A DNA stretch of 64,000 bases from Chara braunii (lineage: Eukaryota; Plantae; Charophyceae): positions 1,616,888-1,680,887 of the forward strand of contig BFEA01000025.1 of NCBI GenBank assembly GCA_003427395.1, given 5' to 3'. The notes under the pieces were generated by a model that saw only the letters and a program-made list of their open reading frames with translations, searched no databases and was not told the DNA's origin. This document shows, piece by piece, positions 26,135-38,741 of the stretch (positions are counted from its first letter, which is position 1; every line of letters starts with the position of its first letter). A program made the position numbers and the translations under genes.

Positions 26135-27134
26135 TGCAGTAACCCGCACTCTGCAGAGGCCGGGCCGTGTGACCACGCACTGCCCGGCCCAGCCCAGCGT
26201 CTGGCCAGTGAGACCCAGCGCTGGACTGGGGAAATTCAAAGGTCAAAGTCAACTGTCGGGTCGTAGGTACCGTGCCCAAGTCCACGAACAGATACACACA
26301 TGTGTTGTATGCAGGTACCGGGCCAAGACATCGGACCAAGGGAGAAACAGTTGCAGACCGATCCAGGCCATCGCCGCATCAAGATCTTGACGGCACAGGA
26401 CCACTGCAGCGGGGCATTGACCCCGAGTCAACACTACTTAAAGTTGACTCCTGGCTTTGACATGATTCATTCTGTCGCGAGTCAAGGCTGACTCTACTTT
26501 GACGCGACGCTGGCTTGTGAGGTGCTGGCTAATTGCTAGCTGGAAGCTGGCGTTTCTCAGCGGCGACACGCTGCTTGCTTGCTGGCATGGGGGCTGGCTT
26601 GCTCTTGTCTACAAGGTGCTGACGTGGCAGCGCCACGTGTCGTTGCTGACGTGGCTGCTGCCATGTAGGGTGTTGGTGACGTGGCTGTACCATGTGTTCA
26701 TTCCCTGTTCAGGCTATCGTCGTCCGGAAGGAGGTCAGGGACTGTGGGGATGAGATGACACGTACCTGTGTCAGGCAACATTGCTGCTCCGTTGATGAAG
26801 AGAATGCTGATGTGCCACGTGGCACCTTGAGGAACTCAGATCTGTATCTGGATTGACGCTGCTGGAGAGGGGGCGACTCTGATTGGCCCGAAGGAGAAGT
26901 GGGCAACTTCTCTTCTAAGTCTTTTCTTCCCCCCTCTCTCTCTCTCGTCTATGTATGTATATACTCGGATAGTGGAACAGATCTGTTCGACATTATTCAT
27001 CAACAAGACTGGATTACTCGAGTTGCTTTGTCATTGAGCCATTGGACTATTGCTGCACGAGTGCTGATGCTCGTGCGTTGCTGCGAACAGTATCTGGATG
27101 TTCAATGAGTGTTATCTCGCCTGGGTTCATGGCA
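26135..27134 (+). repeat. 5' LTR of element 2
   Basis: Direct repeat of 35039-36038. Confidence 0.95.
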
Positions 27135-27137
27135 GAT

Positions 27138-27149
27138 TGGTATCGGAGC
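27138..27149 (+). promoter_or_regulatory. Primer-binding site (tRNA-iMet type)
   Basis: TGGTATCGGAGC, 3 nt after the LTR. Confidence 0.85.
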
Positions 27150-28271
27150 AGTACTTCCGAAATCCGCACGCGCACGTGCGCGCGCTGAAGTAGAATATCA
27201 CGTCGACGTTGGTGATTGCGTCGGTCGGATCTTGATGACGACTTGGTAGAAGGTCACGAACACGATCGCAATCACGAACGTAATCACGAAAGACACGATC
27301 ACGAACGTGATCTTGACGCTGAAGAAGAACATTGTGACGAAGATCACAACGACGACGAGGATCATCACGGCGACGAAGAGCATATGACAACGAAGTTCCA
27401 TCGGGCCGCGCTTAAGTTGATTGATGCGCGTGCTCGATCAAGATCCAGACGCGCGCTGATGACGTGGCGGGAAAAGTAGTGGGAGAGAGAGAATGCTGAA
27501 ACGCGATTAAAGAAGCATTCTCCTCCCTTGAAGACTGCGCGCGCCGGTGAAAAGAGGATGATGACTTTTTGAAGATGAAGGAGAAGATCTTGCTGACGTC
27601 GCGGCAATGTGTCACCTTGGCGAGATCTTGAGCAGGGACTTTGAATGCTGACGTGGCAGGGGGAATATTGATGTCTTGTCATTTCCCTGTTGACGCGGCT
27701 TGATTGAAGTTGTATCTGGGGGCCAGATTGGCTGACGTGGCACCCCCCCCTTGATTGATTGATTACTTGATGCTGACGTGGCAAGTGTTGTGTGCTTGCT
27801 GAGTTGGCATTACCAGGGTGTTACGTGATTGGCACGTGTGTGCCTGGGTGGGAGGATCATTCTGACGACAGAGGCGGTACAGCTAATTGAATAGCTGTAG
27901 TGCCAGTTGTCGCAACAGGGTGATTGTTGCTTTGATCAGGACTGACGCAGGGGATTATTGATGCTGACATATTGATTGCTGTTGATGTTGGCTTGTTTTC
28001 CTTGTGTTGTTTGTTTGTCCTGTGCTGGCATACTCACCTGTGTGTATATCTGGTCACTGTGTCCGGATCGGTACCTGCAAAAGCACGTCATCACATTGAG
28101 TTAGATAAATAAGAACAGCGAAGAAAAAGAAAAAGAAAAATAATTGAAAATATTCTGCAGTTATTTTTGCTGTCATTTACCTTGCTGTAATCTACTGTTT
28201 GGAATCTGTGGGGCTGCAGAATTAATTATTGTTTATTTTTGTTTATTGTGCGGTAGATACCCCACACTGAA

Positions 28272-30053
28272 ATGTCTCAGGAAGAGACTGTTCAGACCCG
28301 AGCTGAGGGCCAGAGTGTTGAGCAGCTCCCTGACCCTCGTACCAGGGCTCAGGTTGAGCAGAGACGACAACTGTTGTCTGGATGGCTCAACCTTCTGGCC
28401 ACTGAACTGCACGATGCCGGTGCAGAGGCTGAGTCACATGTGACGGCCCAGTTTGATCTGCGGAAAGCCCAGGCACACCTGGATGCAGCTTAGACTGACA
28501 CCGACCTATTGAAGATACAGGAGTTCATTATCCAGTGCCGTAAAGCCCTGGATGCGCACATCTGTCAGCAGTTCGAAGACATAGCAAATGGAAGAAATGC
28601 CAAAACTGATGTGGTTGTCACTGAACAGACAATTGATGAGAACATCCGCCAATTGGAAGAAGCTCTTGAAAAAGAGAAAACGCGCAAGGCGGAAATGCTA
28701 AAGATGAAAGAACAAGATGAACAGCAAGCAAAACGAGAACAAGAAGTCAGACAACATGTGGTAACTGTGTCAGGGGAAGAACAGGTTGTGGCACTAAACC
28801 AACTGGTTGAGTACCTCGCTCAGTTGGAGACAAGGCTCGACCATTTTGAAGCAAAGTTGGAAGAATTAACCGTAGGATTGAAGAATGTGACTAACTTGGT
28901 CAAAGGAAAGGAAAAAGAGGTTCGGAAGGAACAACCTGTGAAGAAACTAATGGGTGATGCTATGAAAGATCTCAGGGTCGAAGTAAAGAAGGGGGAACCA
29001 TCTGGGCCTCCTCCACCGACGCCACCACCATCCAGTCCTCACCCATCAGGAGGAAAGAAAGATAAAGAAGAGAAAACTGAGAAGCCAAAGAAGAAGGAAA
29101 AGGTAAAGATGAAATTGCCTTTCACGTTCAGTAATAAGAAGGATGAAAACTTATTATTGTGGATTGCAGAAATATAGACCTACGTCGGGACGGCCCCTAT
29201 GGAAGAAGAATCACAGGTCGCCTTCTCCACATCGTGTCTTGGAGGGGAGGCCAAAGAGTGGGTCCTGGCCGAAGCTAACGCAGCCGGATTCGATGATATT
29301 GGTAAGTGGGCCGGTACGATGACCCTGAAACAGTTCCTGGACAAGATCCGGGAACGTTTCCTTGACAAGACAACGGCCGATAAGGCCTTTGATCAGCTCA
29401 CTACCATAGGTCTGAAACATTGAACGTCTGTGGAGGCGTTGTTCCGTGAGGTCGATCGATTGCTGCAAGTATCGGGCTTAAATTTGCAGGATGATCAGGT
29501 CCTGTATATTTATGCCCGGGCCTTACCTGAACCTATAAGAGGTCAGTTAGTGGCCGAGTCAAAGTCAGGTAAGTACAAGTATCGGCAGTTTCGTGATTTG
29601 GCTCTCCAGAGAGAGCAAATGACTTCTCAAGTCAAACAGTCATATGCATCTGTGGTGAAATCTGGTGTTGCAGGTGCAGGTGCGAGATACGGTAAGCGAG
29701 TCCTTTGGCGCCAAAAGCGTCAGGACCACATGTTTGTCGTCTTTGACGATGACACAGTGGAGAAGCTACCGTTAGAAGAAGGAGTTCCCAGCAGCAGTGA
29801 GTCCGGAAAGGAGGACGTCACTGCTGCCGTGGTCAACAAAGGAGGACCACAAGGTCCGTATCGAGGGAGGAAACCACGCTCATTTCCTGCGCACCCAGGC
29901 ATCGCGACATTCAAGCCGTGGGAAAAGATGGAGATTGACCAAAAGACTTGGCAGGATAGGATGGACAATGCGCAGTGTTTAAAGTGTGGAAAGGAGGGAC
30001 ACATCATTGCATGGTGTCCACTCATCCAACACCCAAAAGCGAGCCGCCAGTAG
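28272..30053 (+). pseudogene. gag: gag of element 2 (in-frame stops), with CCHC knuckle
   Basis: Consecutive same-frame ORFs; SCLGGEAKEW; CLKCGKEGHIIAWC. Confidence 0.88.
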
Positions 30054-32687
30054 GAGTAGCATCTGATCCTACTGAGTTGAAGAAGTCAGACGATGAGAAA
30101 GGTAAGGCGCTTACTAACCCTTTCACTTCTTCGACTCGCGTGGCAGAGGATGGATGTCCTCCGGCCCATCATCCAGATCACCCTGAACCTGTCTTATGTT
30201 CTCTCTCTCTAGATGACTCCTTTGATGAGCTTGGTAATGAGTTGCTAGCACTATTGCTAGCACTACGAAGCTCATGGGCAAAGAAAGCAAAGTCTAAGGG
30301 TGAACTATTACTCGCGGATGTAGAGATCGCACACAAACGGACGGGTGCACTTTTAGACTTAGGATCTACACGATCCTACATTTCTGAGAGAGCTATTCGC
30401 AAGCTTCATCTAGGAATGAAGGTAAAATGTTTAGCACGACCTATCACGTCTATTCTTGCTGATAAAAGCATGATCACTGTCTCTTATTATGTCGATCGTG
30501 TGAAATGTAAGTTCAGAACTAAAACTAGAAAGAAGATTGTGCACGAAATCTCCTTCCTAATTGAGAAGAACTTGCCTTTTGATATGATTCTGGGAATGGA
30601 TTGACACGAGGAAGCCAACCCAGAAATCAAGTTCAAGGAAAAGGAAGTACGCCTGAAAAACGCACAATCTGAACTCGAGGTCATCAAACTGTATCACAAG
30701 TCTGGATCTGACTCTACTCTGTCTTTCTGTTGTATGAGCTATCCAACTTTTCGATCGATGGTCAGGAAGAAGCAATTGGATCAGGAGGTAATGATGGTGT
30801 TGGTAAAGGAAGTTGGTGAGTCTTCGACACCTTATCCTCCATCGATACAAAAACTCTTAGATGAGTATAAAGATCTATCTCAGGAACCTACAGGGATCAC
30901 TAAGCGCGCTATCAAGCACACTATCGAGATCATTCCTGGAAGTAAGACTCCCAAAGGCCCTATCTATCGAATGTCGTCTAGGGAACTTGAGGAATTGCGC
31001 AAGCAACTTCAGGAATTAACTGACAAAGGATGGATTCGCCCTAGTTCTTCACCTTATGGAGCGCTTGTATTATTTGTGCCCAAAAAGGAAGGTGAGTTGC
31101 GTCTATGCATTGACTATAGAGGGTTGAACTCCGTCACTATGAAAAACGTTGAACCCCTACCACGAATTGACGACTTGTTGGATCAGCTGCAGGGATGCAA
31201 GTACTTCAGCAAGATTGATCTGAAGTCGGGATACCACCAAATCGAGGTGGCGCCCGAAGATCAACACAAGACTGCTTTTCGAACCAGGTACGGACACTAC
31301 GAGTTTCTGGTCATGCCCTTCGGATTGATGAATACCCCTGCGACCTTCCAAAGGTCTATGAACGAATTGTTTCGACAGTGGTTGGATCAGTTTGTAATTG
31401 TGTATCTCGATGACATCCTAGTCTACAGCAAAATGCTGGAGGATCACGAGAAACACTTGCGTCTCGTCTTGGGTAAGCTACGAGAAGGTAATTTTAAACT
31501 TAACCCAAAGAAGCCTGAGTTTGCGAAACCAGAAGTGCTCTACTTAGGGCATATAGTTAACGAAGAAGGACTCAGACCGGAAGCGAAGAAAATTTCAACG
31601 ATTAGAGATTGGCCACAACCAAAGTCCATCACTGAGTTGAGGTCTTTCCTTAGGTTAGCCAAATACAATAGGAAGTTTGTTAGGATCTTCTCCTTAGTTG
31701 CTGCTCCCATGAGAAGACTCCTGAAGAAAGGAACCATATCGTTGTGGGACAAGGACTGTAAGTCATCAATGAAGAAGTTAAAATATGCACTGACTCACTA
31801 CCCTGTTCTGAAAATCGTTGATCCATCTCTTTCCTTTATTGTGACCACTAACGCAAGTCAGTATGGAATTGGCGCAGTCCTACAGCAGGACGATGGTAAG
31901 GTTTACAGCTATGTAACACCCGCGGCGGCGGACAGGCGCGGCCAAGTGCGCGATCGCGGCCAGTCCGCGAAGCCTGCGGACGTGTCCGCGCGGACGCGCG
32001 GATTCGCGGACACGTGGCGGCCGCAGGGGAGGTGATTTCGCGATTCTGGCGGCGCCACGTGGCAACGCATCCCCTGCCCCACCCCCCCACACAAAAAAAA
32101 AAAGAAAAACATGAACTTTTGGTGGGGGGGGTATGGGCGAAATCCAACGAAATTCGAAAGAAAAAAAAAAACGCAGTTTTTTTTTTTCTTTTCTTTTTTT
32201 CCGTTGATTGATTGNNNNNNNNNNNNNNNNNNNNNNNNNNNNNNNNNNNNNNNNNNNNNNNNNNNNNNNNNNNNNNNNNNNNNNNNNNNNNNNNNNNNNN
32301 NNNNNNNNNNNNNNNNNNNNNNNNNNNNNNNNNNNNNNNNNNNNNNNNNNNNNNNNNNNNNNNNNNNNNNNNNNNNNNNNNNNNNNNNNNNNNNNNNNNN
32401 NNNNNNNNNNNNNNNNNNNNNNNNNNNNNNNNNNNNNNNNNNNNNNNNNNNNNNNNNNNNNNNNNNNNNNNNNNNNNNNNNNNNNNNNNNNNNNNNNNNN
32501 NNNNNNNNNNNNNNNNNNNNNNNNNNNNNNNNNNNNNNNNNNNNNNNNNNNNNNNNNNNNNNNNNNNNNNNNNNNNNNNNNNNNNNNNNNNNNNNNNNNN
32601 NNNNNNNNNNNNNNNNNNNNNNNNNNNNNNNNNNNNNNNNNNNNNNNNNNNNNNNNNNNNGCAGCTCCCCAGGGCCCACGCAGCTCC

Positions 32688-32777
<90 letters not shown>

Positions 32778-34999
32778 ATCAATCAATCAATCAATCAAAC
32801 CTTTTTTTTTTTCAAGTTTTTTTGTTTATTTATTTTTAAATTTTGTATCTTTATTTTTCTAAAACACCTCATACCCCTGCAAAAAACAGAAATTCATTTC
32901 TAAAAAATACAGGTGAACTCAGGGACCATACATCTGATGACAAAAAATGACAAAAAAAAAATCCAACTTTTCTTTATATATATATTTTTAATGTTTTTAA
33001 AATAGAATTTAGTTTTTTATTTTTTAAAAATCCGAAACAAAGTCAGATTCCAAAAAAAAAAAAAAGGGGTTGTTGGGCTTAAAATTCCCTACAACCCCTT
33101 TTTTTTTTTAACCAATTATTTAATTCAAGAAAATTCTGGTAAAATCGGTTCCGCGGCGCGGACCAGGTAGACCGCGGATGCGGATCCGTCTGCGTCCGCC
33201 GTCCGAGATTGGACCCGCGGACGCGTCCGCGGGTGTTACATAGGGTTACAAACCTATTGAGTTCATGTCTGCCAGACTTCCTACTCAGAAGGTCGCCGAC
33301 TCCACTTACGAAAGGAAATTGTATGCGCTTGTCTGTGCGCAGAAATCCTGGAAACACTACTTGTTAGGGAGGCACTTCACTGTCTACTCAGATCACTCGA
33401 CACTGAAGTGGATAAAGGCTCAACCAAGACTCTCTGACAAACTAGTACGATGGTCTGCTTTCCTCGACACCTTTGACTTTGAGTTGACGACAATCAAAGG
33501 TAAGTCTAACGTTGTGGCAGATGCATTGTCTAGGAGAAGTGATTTCTTTGGAACCATTGTCTCCTACGGGGATATAGGAAATGATGTGCAGGAACAGATT
33601 CGACAAGGCTATGCTAAGGATCCTATCTGGAAACCCATCATTGACCTTGTCACTAAGGATCCTGCCCTGTTACCCAAGTATAAGATGACAACTGGATTGC
33701 TTTTCTTGATAGACGAAACTGAACAACGGTTGTGTATTCCTCACAAAGAAGAGATTAAAAGTCTACTAATTGGGGAATGTCATGGCTTTGCAGGACATTT
33801 TGGTTTCAAGAAAACTTATGCAGAAGTAAGAGAACACTTCGATTGGAAAGGATTAAAGGAAGATGTACTAACATATGTGCGTACTTGTCTGGTATGTCAG
33901 AGAAACAAACCACCACATGAGAACCCTCTGGTCTACTAAGGCCCCTACCAATTCCCTGCGAACCAGGTGAGTCTATCTCCATAGACTTCATGAGTCTCGT
34001 CAAGAGTCGAAATGGCAACAGTCAAGTGATAGTTGTAGTTGATCGTTTCTCGAAGAAGCGAAAACTGAGCTTGTGATCCAGAAGTTTCACATGCGATGGG
34101 TAACTGAGTATGGATTCCCATTGTCTATCGTATCTAACAGGGATGTGAGGTTCACAAGTATGTCATGGAAAAAGCTGATGGAGGCATACGGCACTCGTTT
34201 GACCATGTCGTCAGGGCGCCATCCTGAAACGAATGGGCAAAACGAGCAAATGAACCACTTGTGCCAACAGCTCTTGCGCATGTATGTCAGGCCCGATCAG
34301 ATTGATTGGGACGAGAACTTACCAAAAATAGCTAGTGCATACAACAACAGCGTTCACACTGCAACCGGGCGCACTCCTAACGCGACGTCCCATTGATGTA
34401 TTAACCAGGGACCAATTTTTACGGCTACCGCCAGGAACCCGTGAATATGCAGTTCTGTTCCAAGAAGACATCCAGAAAGTTAAGGAGAATCTAAAGAAAG
34501 CACAAGAACAAATGATTAACCAGGCCAACAAACATCGAAGACCTGATAACTTTCAAGTAGGTGACATGGTTTGGGTAAAGTCTAATGAATTCTCCTTGGA
34601 AGAAGATGTTTCACAGAAATTGTTGCCTGTCTACTTTGGGCCCTGGGAAGTTCTCAAAGTAATTGGAGATGCAGAGGGACCGTCCTACAAAATTGATATT
34701 CCCCCGCATCTCAAAACATACCGTGTATTCCATGCCTCTAAGTTGCTACCGTATGTGGAGGGAGATGAGTTTCCTAACAGGCCTTCTATGATTCCACCTC
34801 GATGAACGGAAGTTATGAAGTAGATCGGATTGTAGACCATGGGTTCTTCTCCACCGGAAGGCGTGGACGACCGCAGAATCAGTTCAAGGTAAGATTTAAG
34901 ACTCAAAAACCATCCGAGGATCGGTGGTTCAACAAACAACAGCTCCTTGAAACTGCTCCTGATATTGTCTCTGCATATGAGCGTGGGTTGAAAGGTTAA
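30032..34999 (+). pseudogene. pol: pol of element 2 (PR-RT-RH-IN-chromodomain), disrupted by stops, frameshifts and a DNA transposon
   Basis: LLDLGS, RLCIDYR, YLDD, TNAS, HFGFKK...CLVC, YFGPW, YEVDRIVDH. Confidence 0.95.
31909..33243. mobile_element. Non-autonomous TIR DNA transposon with 8-bp TSD, inserted in RNase H of element 2
   Basis: Perfect 17-bp TIR CTATGTAACACCCGCGG; TSD gtttacag/ggttacaa; removing it restores DDGKGY(R/K)PIEFMS; subterminal ccgcggac repeats. Confidence 0.85.
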
Positions 35000-35038
35000 T
35001 TATTTCTGCGATGGAACTCGAAATTGGGTCAGCAGGAA

Positions 35039-36038
35039 TGCAGTTACCCGCACTCTGCAGAGGCCGGGCCGTGTGACCACGCACTGCCCGGCCCAGCCCA
35101 GCGCCTGGCCAATGAGACCCAGCGCTGGACTGGGGAAATTCAAAGGTCAAAGTCAACTGTCGGGTCGTAGGTACCGTACCCAAGTCCACGAACAGATACA
35201 CACATGTGTTGTGTGCAGGTACCGGGCCAAGACATCGGACCAAGGGAGAAACAGTTGCAGACCGATCCAGGACGTCGCCGCATCAAGATCTTGACGGCAA
35301 AGGACCACTGCAGCGGGGCATTGACCCTGAGTCAACACTACTTAAAGTTGACTCCTGGCTTTGACATGATTCATTCTGTCGCGAGTCAAGGTTGAATCTA
35401 CTTTGACGCGACGCTGGCTTGTGAGGTGCTGGCTAATTGCTAGCTAGAAGCTGGCGTTTCTCAGGGGCGACACGCTGCTTGCTTGCTGGCATGGGGGCTG
35501 GCTTGCTCTTGTCTACAAGGTGCTGACGTGGCAGCGCCACGTGTCGTTGCTGACGTGGCTGCTGCCACGTAGGGTGTTGGTGATGTGGTTGTACCATGTG
35601 TTCATTCGCTGTTCAGGCTATCGTCGTCCGGAAGGAGGTCAGGGACTGTGGGGATGAGATGACACGTACCTGTGTGAGGCAACATTGCTGCTCCGTTGAT
35701 GAAGAGAATGCTGATGTGCCACGTGGCACCTTGAGGAACTCAGATCTGTATCTGGATTGACGCTGTTGGAGAGGGGGCGAATCTGATTGGCCCGAAGGAG
35801 AAGTGGGCAACTTCTCTTCTAAGTTTTTTCTTCCCCCCTCTCTCTCTCTCGTCTATGTATGTATATACTCGGATAGTGGAACAGATTTGTTCGACATTAT
35901 TCATCAACAAGACTGGATTACTCGAATTGCTTTGTCATTGAGCCATTGGACTATTGATGCACGAGCGTTGATGCTCGTGCGTTTCTGCGAACAGTATCTG
36001 GATGTTCAATGAGTGTTATCTCGCCTGGGTTCATTGCA
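35039..36038 (+). repeat. 3' LTR of element 2
   Basis: Direct repeat of 26135-27134. Confidence 0.95.
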
Positions 36039-36122
36039 CCTGGCTGCGTGTGTTTAGAGATTTTTGACCGTGTCCCGCTAGCTGTACACTAGAAATGAAG
36101 AGCGATATGTATGGTTGAGGCC

Positions 36123-36220
36123 TCTTCGCTTAAACCTAAGCGTAAATCTCGTGCAACGCCACCTGGTCGTATATAACTAGCATGCATTCTTGCTCCCGAA
36201 ACTCTTTCATAGAATTCCAT
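36123..36220 (-). pseudogene. nad7: Short nad7 (complex I 49-kDa subunit) fragment, probable NUMT
   Basis: [32 protein letters not shown] matches the conserved Nad7/NuoD motif; AT-rich codon usage; flanks unrelated. Confidence 0.88.
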
Positions 36221-36632
36221 TCTTGCATCTTTAATGGGAGGGCTATCCTTCCATGCATCCGCCATGACAATGACAAAAGAAAAAAAAAAGGAAAAACATA
36301 ATAAAAAAGGGAGGAAGGACTTCGAACAGTCTTCCCTAAAGAGTGTGCAGCTAACTCCGATCATACGCAGTCAGGATTACTGTCGTCTACAGTCATTCAG
36401 ATTGGGAATGTTGGCATGCCTTTCCAAGTACAAAAAATCCTCGTACTGATTGTGAATGAGAAACACAACAACCACGTCTTTTTTTTCATCCGTGAGAAAA
36501 GTCCATACAACGATGTCGATATCTCTACTCCAAAATGGGAAAAAAAAAAGGAATGCGTTATCACACATGCATGCGAAGGCAGAACGCGATCACAAAGCAA
36601 TGGCGGTCGCCACCAAGCACTAACTAATGTGA

Positions 36633-36708
<76 letters not shown>

Positions 36709-36744
36709 CCCGCAAAAGTGTGCTTCAACGACTGTGCGAAGAGG

Positions 36745-37364
36745 GAGAAGCGGTTAATGGAAGGCCCAAAAGCGAATTTTTCACTGAAACTGCCATATTT
36801 CCTTGAATTTTTACTTTTTTNNNNNNNNNNNNNNNNNNNNNNNNNNNNNNNNNNNNNNNNNNNNNNNNNNNNNNNNNNNNNNNNNNNNNNNNNNNNNNNN
36901 NNNNNNNNNNNNNNNNNNNNNNNNNNNNNNNNNNNNNNNNNNNNNNNNNNNNNNNNNNNNNNNNNNNNNNNNNNNNNNNNNNNNNNNNNNNNNNNNNNNN
37001 NNNNNNNNNNNNNNNNNNNNNNNNNNNNNNNNNNNNNNNNNNNNNNNNNNNNNNNNNNNNNNNNNNNNNNNNNNNNNNNNNNNNNNNNNNNNNNNNNNNN
37101 NNNNNNNNNNNNNNNNNNNNNNNNNNNNNNNNNNNNNNNNNNNNNNNNNNNNNNNNNNNNNNNNNNNNNNNNNNNNNNNNNNNNNNNNNNNNNNNNNNNN
37201 NNNNNNNNNNNNNNNNNNNNNNNNNNNNNNNNNNNNNNNNNNNNNNNNNNNNNNNNNNNNNNNNNNNNNNNNNNNNNNNNNNNNNNNNNNNNAAAAATTC
37301 AGGGAAATATGGCACTTTCGGTGAAAATTTCACCAAATTTTGGGCCTTCTATTAACCGGTTCTC
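36745..37364. mobile_element. Long-TIR foldback element (MULE-like GAG...CTC ends), centre in gap
   Basis: gagaagcggttaatggaaggcccaaaa...gccatatttccttgaattttt pairs with aaaaattcagggaaatatggc...ttttgggccttctattaaccggttctc; no TSD found. Confidence 0.65.
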
Positions 37365-38691
37365 TTGCCAACCATAGACAGGTCTCAGAGCTTGTCTACA
37401 ATCTCATGTTCCCCTTCGAGGTTTTCCTGTCCGCTGTGCACAATCCCATCATAGAACCTCCATGCCGTGTCTGCATGTCGGTGTGCTACCTGCAACTCGG
37501 TCTCTCCTACCTCGTACCGACTTCGAGCTTCTTCGTACTTGTTGCAAGCTTCTTCTCTCTCATGTAGGGCTTCTAGTAATGCGCGGGAGTTTTCGTCAAG
37601 CCTCTAACGACTCTCCTCCCATATTCTTCTCCACCTATCCCCATCCCTCCGCATCCGAAGGTGCCGCACGACAAGGTCGTCACAACAATACTGCAGGCTC
37701 GCTCGCGATGCTCTCACTAGACTGATGAATCGTGATGATAGAGCTTGCCCATCTCTGGGTGTGTTCGTTCTCTTGACAAATCTGGGTCTCGCACACTGCT
37801 CTCCTGTGACACGTCCGAACGGTGATACTGTCGCCTCTCTCCACTCGATACTTGTGAAGACTTTCCACCTCCCGCTCCGTTTTCTCCAGCGCATCAACCA
37901 ATGCATACCGCTCTCTCACGTAATCAAAGGTAATGGGGAGCATTCCCTGCCATGGAGAAGAGAGAAAGGAACTTCAGGCAGATGCGGGTGCTACACGGGG
38001 AACACGAACCACAGTGTAACACCCCCAAACCTCAACTGCGGCGATGGAGAAGTATGGAAGGCAAATTGCTCCACCGTTCATATAAATATTGAATCCGTTC
38101 ACAATGCAGTGTGGCGCTGTTCGTATTGCCAAATAACCTCAGCACATAGAGCGTCTCTCATGGCTTGGTCACGCTGTCGACCGAACATAAAAGGAAATGG
38201 AGCGTTGTCCACATGCTTTTCGGCATCGGGTGCTGGAGCGGGAGGAGACAATGCGTCCGTCGCCATCATCAACAGGAACATCGCTTAGAACAGTCATGTA
38301 GACGAGTTCTGCGCAGTCGTACGCTAACGCGTGCGAGGTCGGTATGGTTGTGATGCCGGTACTTCAACTAGCGGGACATCGATCACTTCGACAATCAATC
38401 CGGTACTCGTTAGTCTCACATACACGAAAAGACTCATCTCCTACATATAGCATTCATACGTAGTCATCGTCCATACCCGGACGATACACACGAAATGAAA
38501 CATACATGACACAACGAATGACCCAATAGTAGACTCGATGTGAGTAGTAGCCGAGACGAGACAGGTGTCAAGCAAAAACTTTCGGAATAATTATTGAGAG
38601 AATACATCATGAAGTCCGGAGCTCTCAAATAATCTTCGTGAAGCTCTTCATTGGTATGCCAAGTAGTGTCCCACCTGTTGCATCCTGGCGA

Positions 38692-38741
38692 ACTGCCCAA
38701 CGCGTTTTTGTTGCCTCCAGCGCAGCGTCATCAGGGGCGGT
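38692..38741 (-). ncRNA. Decayed minimal type I hammerhead ribozyme of the Penelope-like element
   Basis: ACCGCCC CTGATGA C GCTGC gctggag GCAAC AAAA CGCG TT GGGCAGT: stem I, core, stem II and palindromic ACGCGT stem III; core defects are CpG-type transitions. Confidence 0.7.

Larger units (their letters stand above)
26135..36038 (+). mobile_element. Ty3/Gypsy chromovirus LTR retrotransposon 2, full length, 4-bp TSD CCTG
   Basis: 1000-bp LTRs at 26135-27134 and 35039-36038 (TG...CA, about 28 differences by eye); flanks cctg/cctg; PBS at 27138; gag-pol with chromodomain. Confidence 0.97.

Noticed and set aside
31912-33240. Reading the insert as a TGT...ACA element with a TA TSD
   Set aside because: The TIR extends to CTA/TAG, and only the 8-bp TSD model restores the RNase H reading frame
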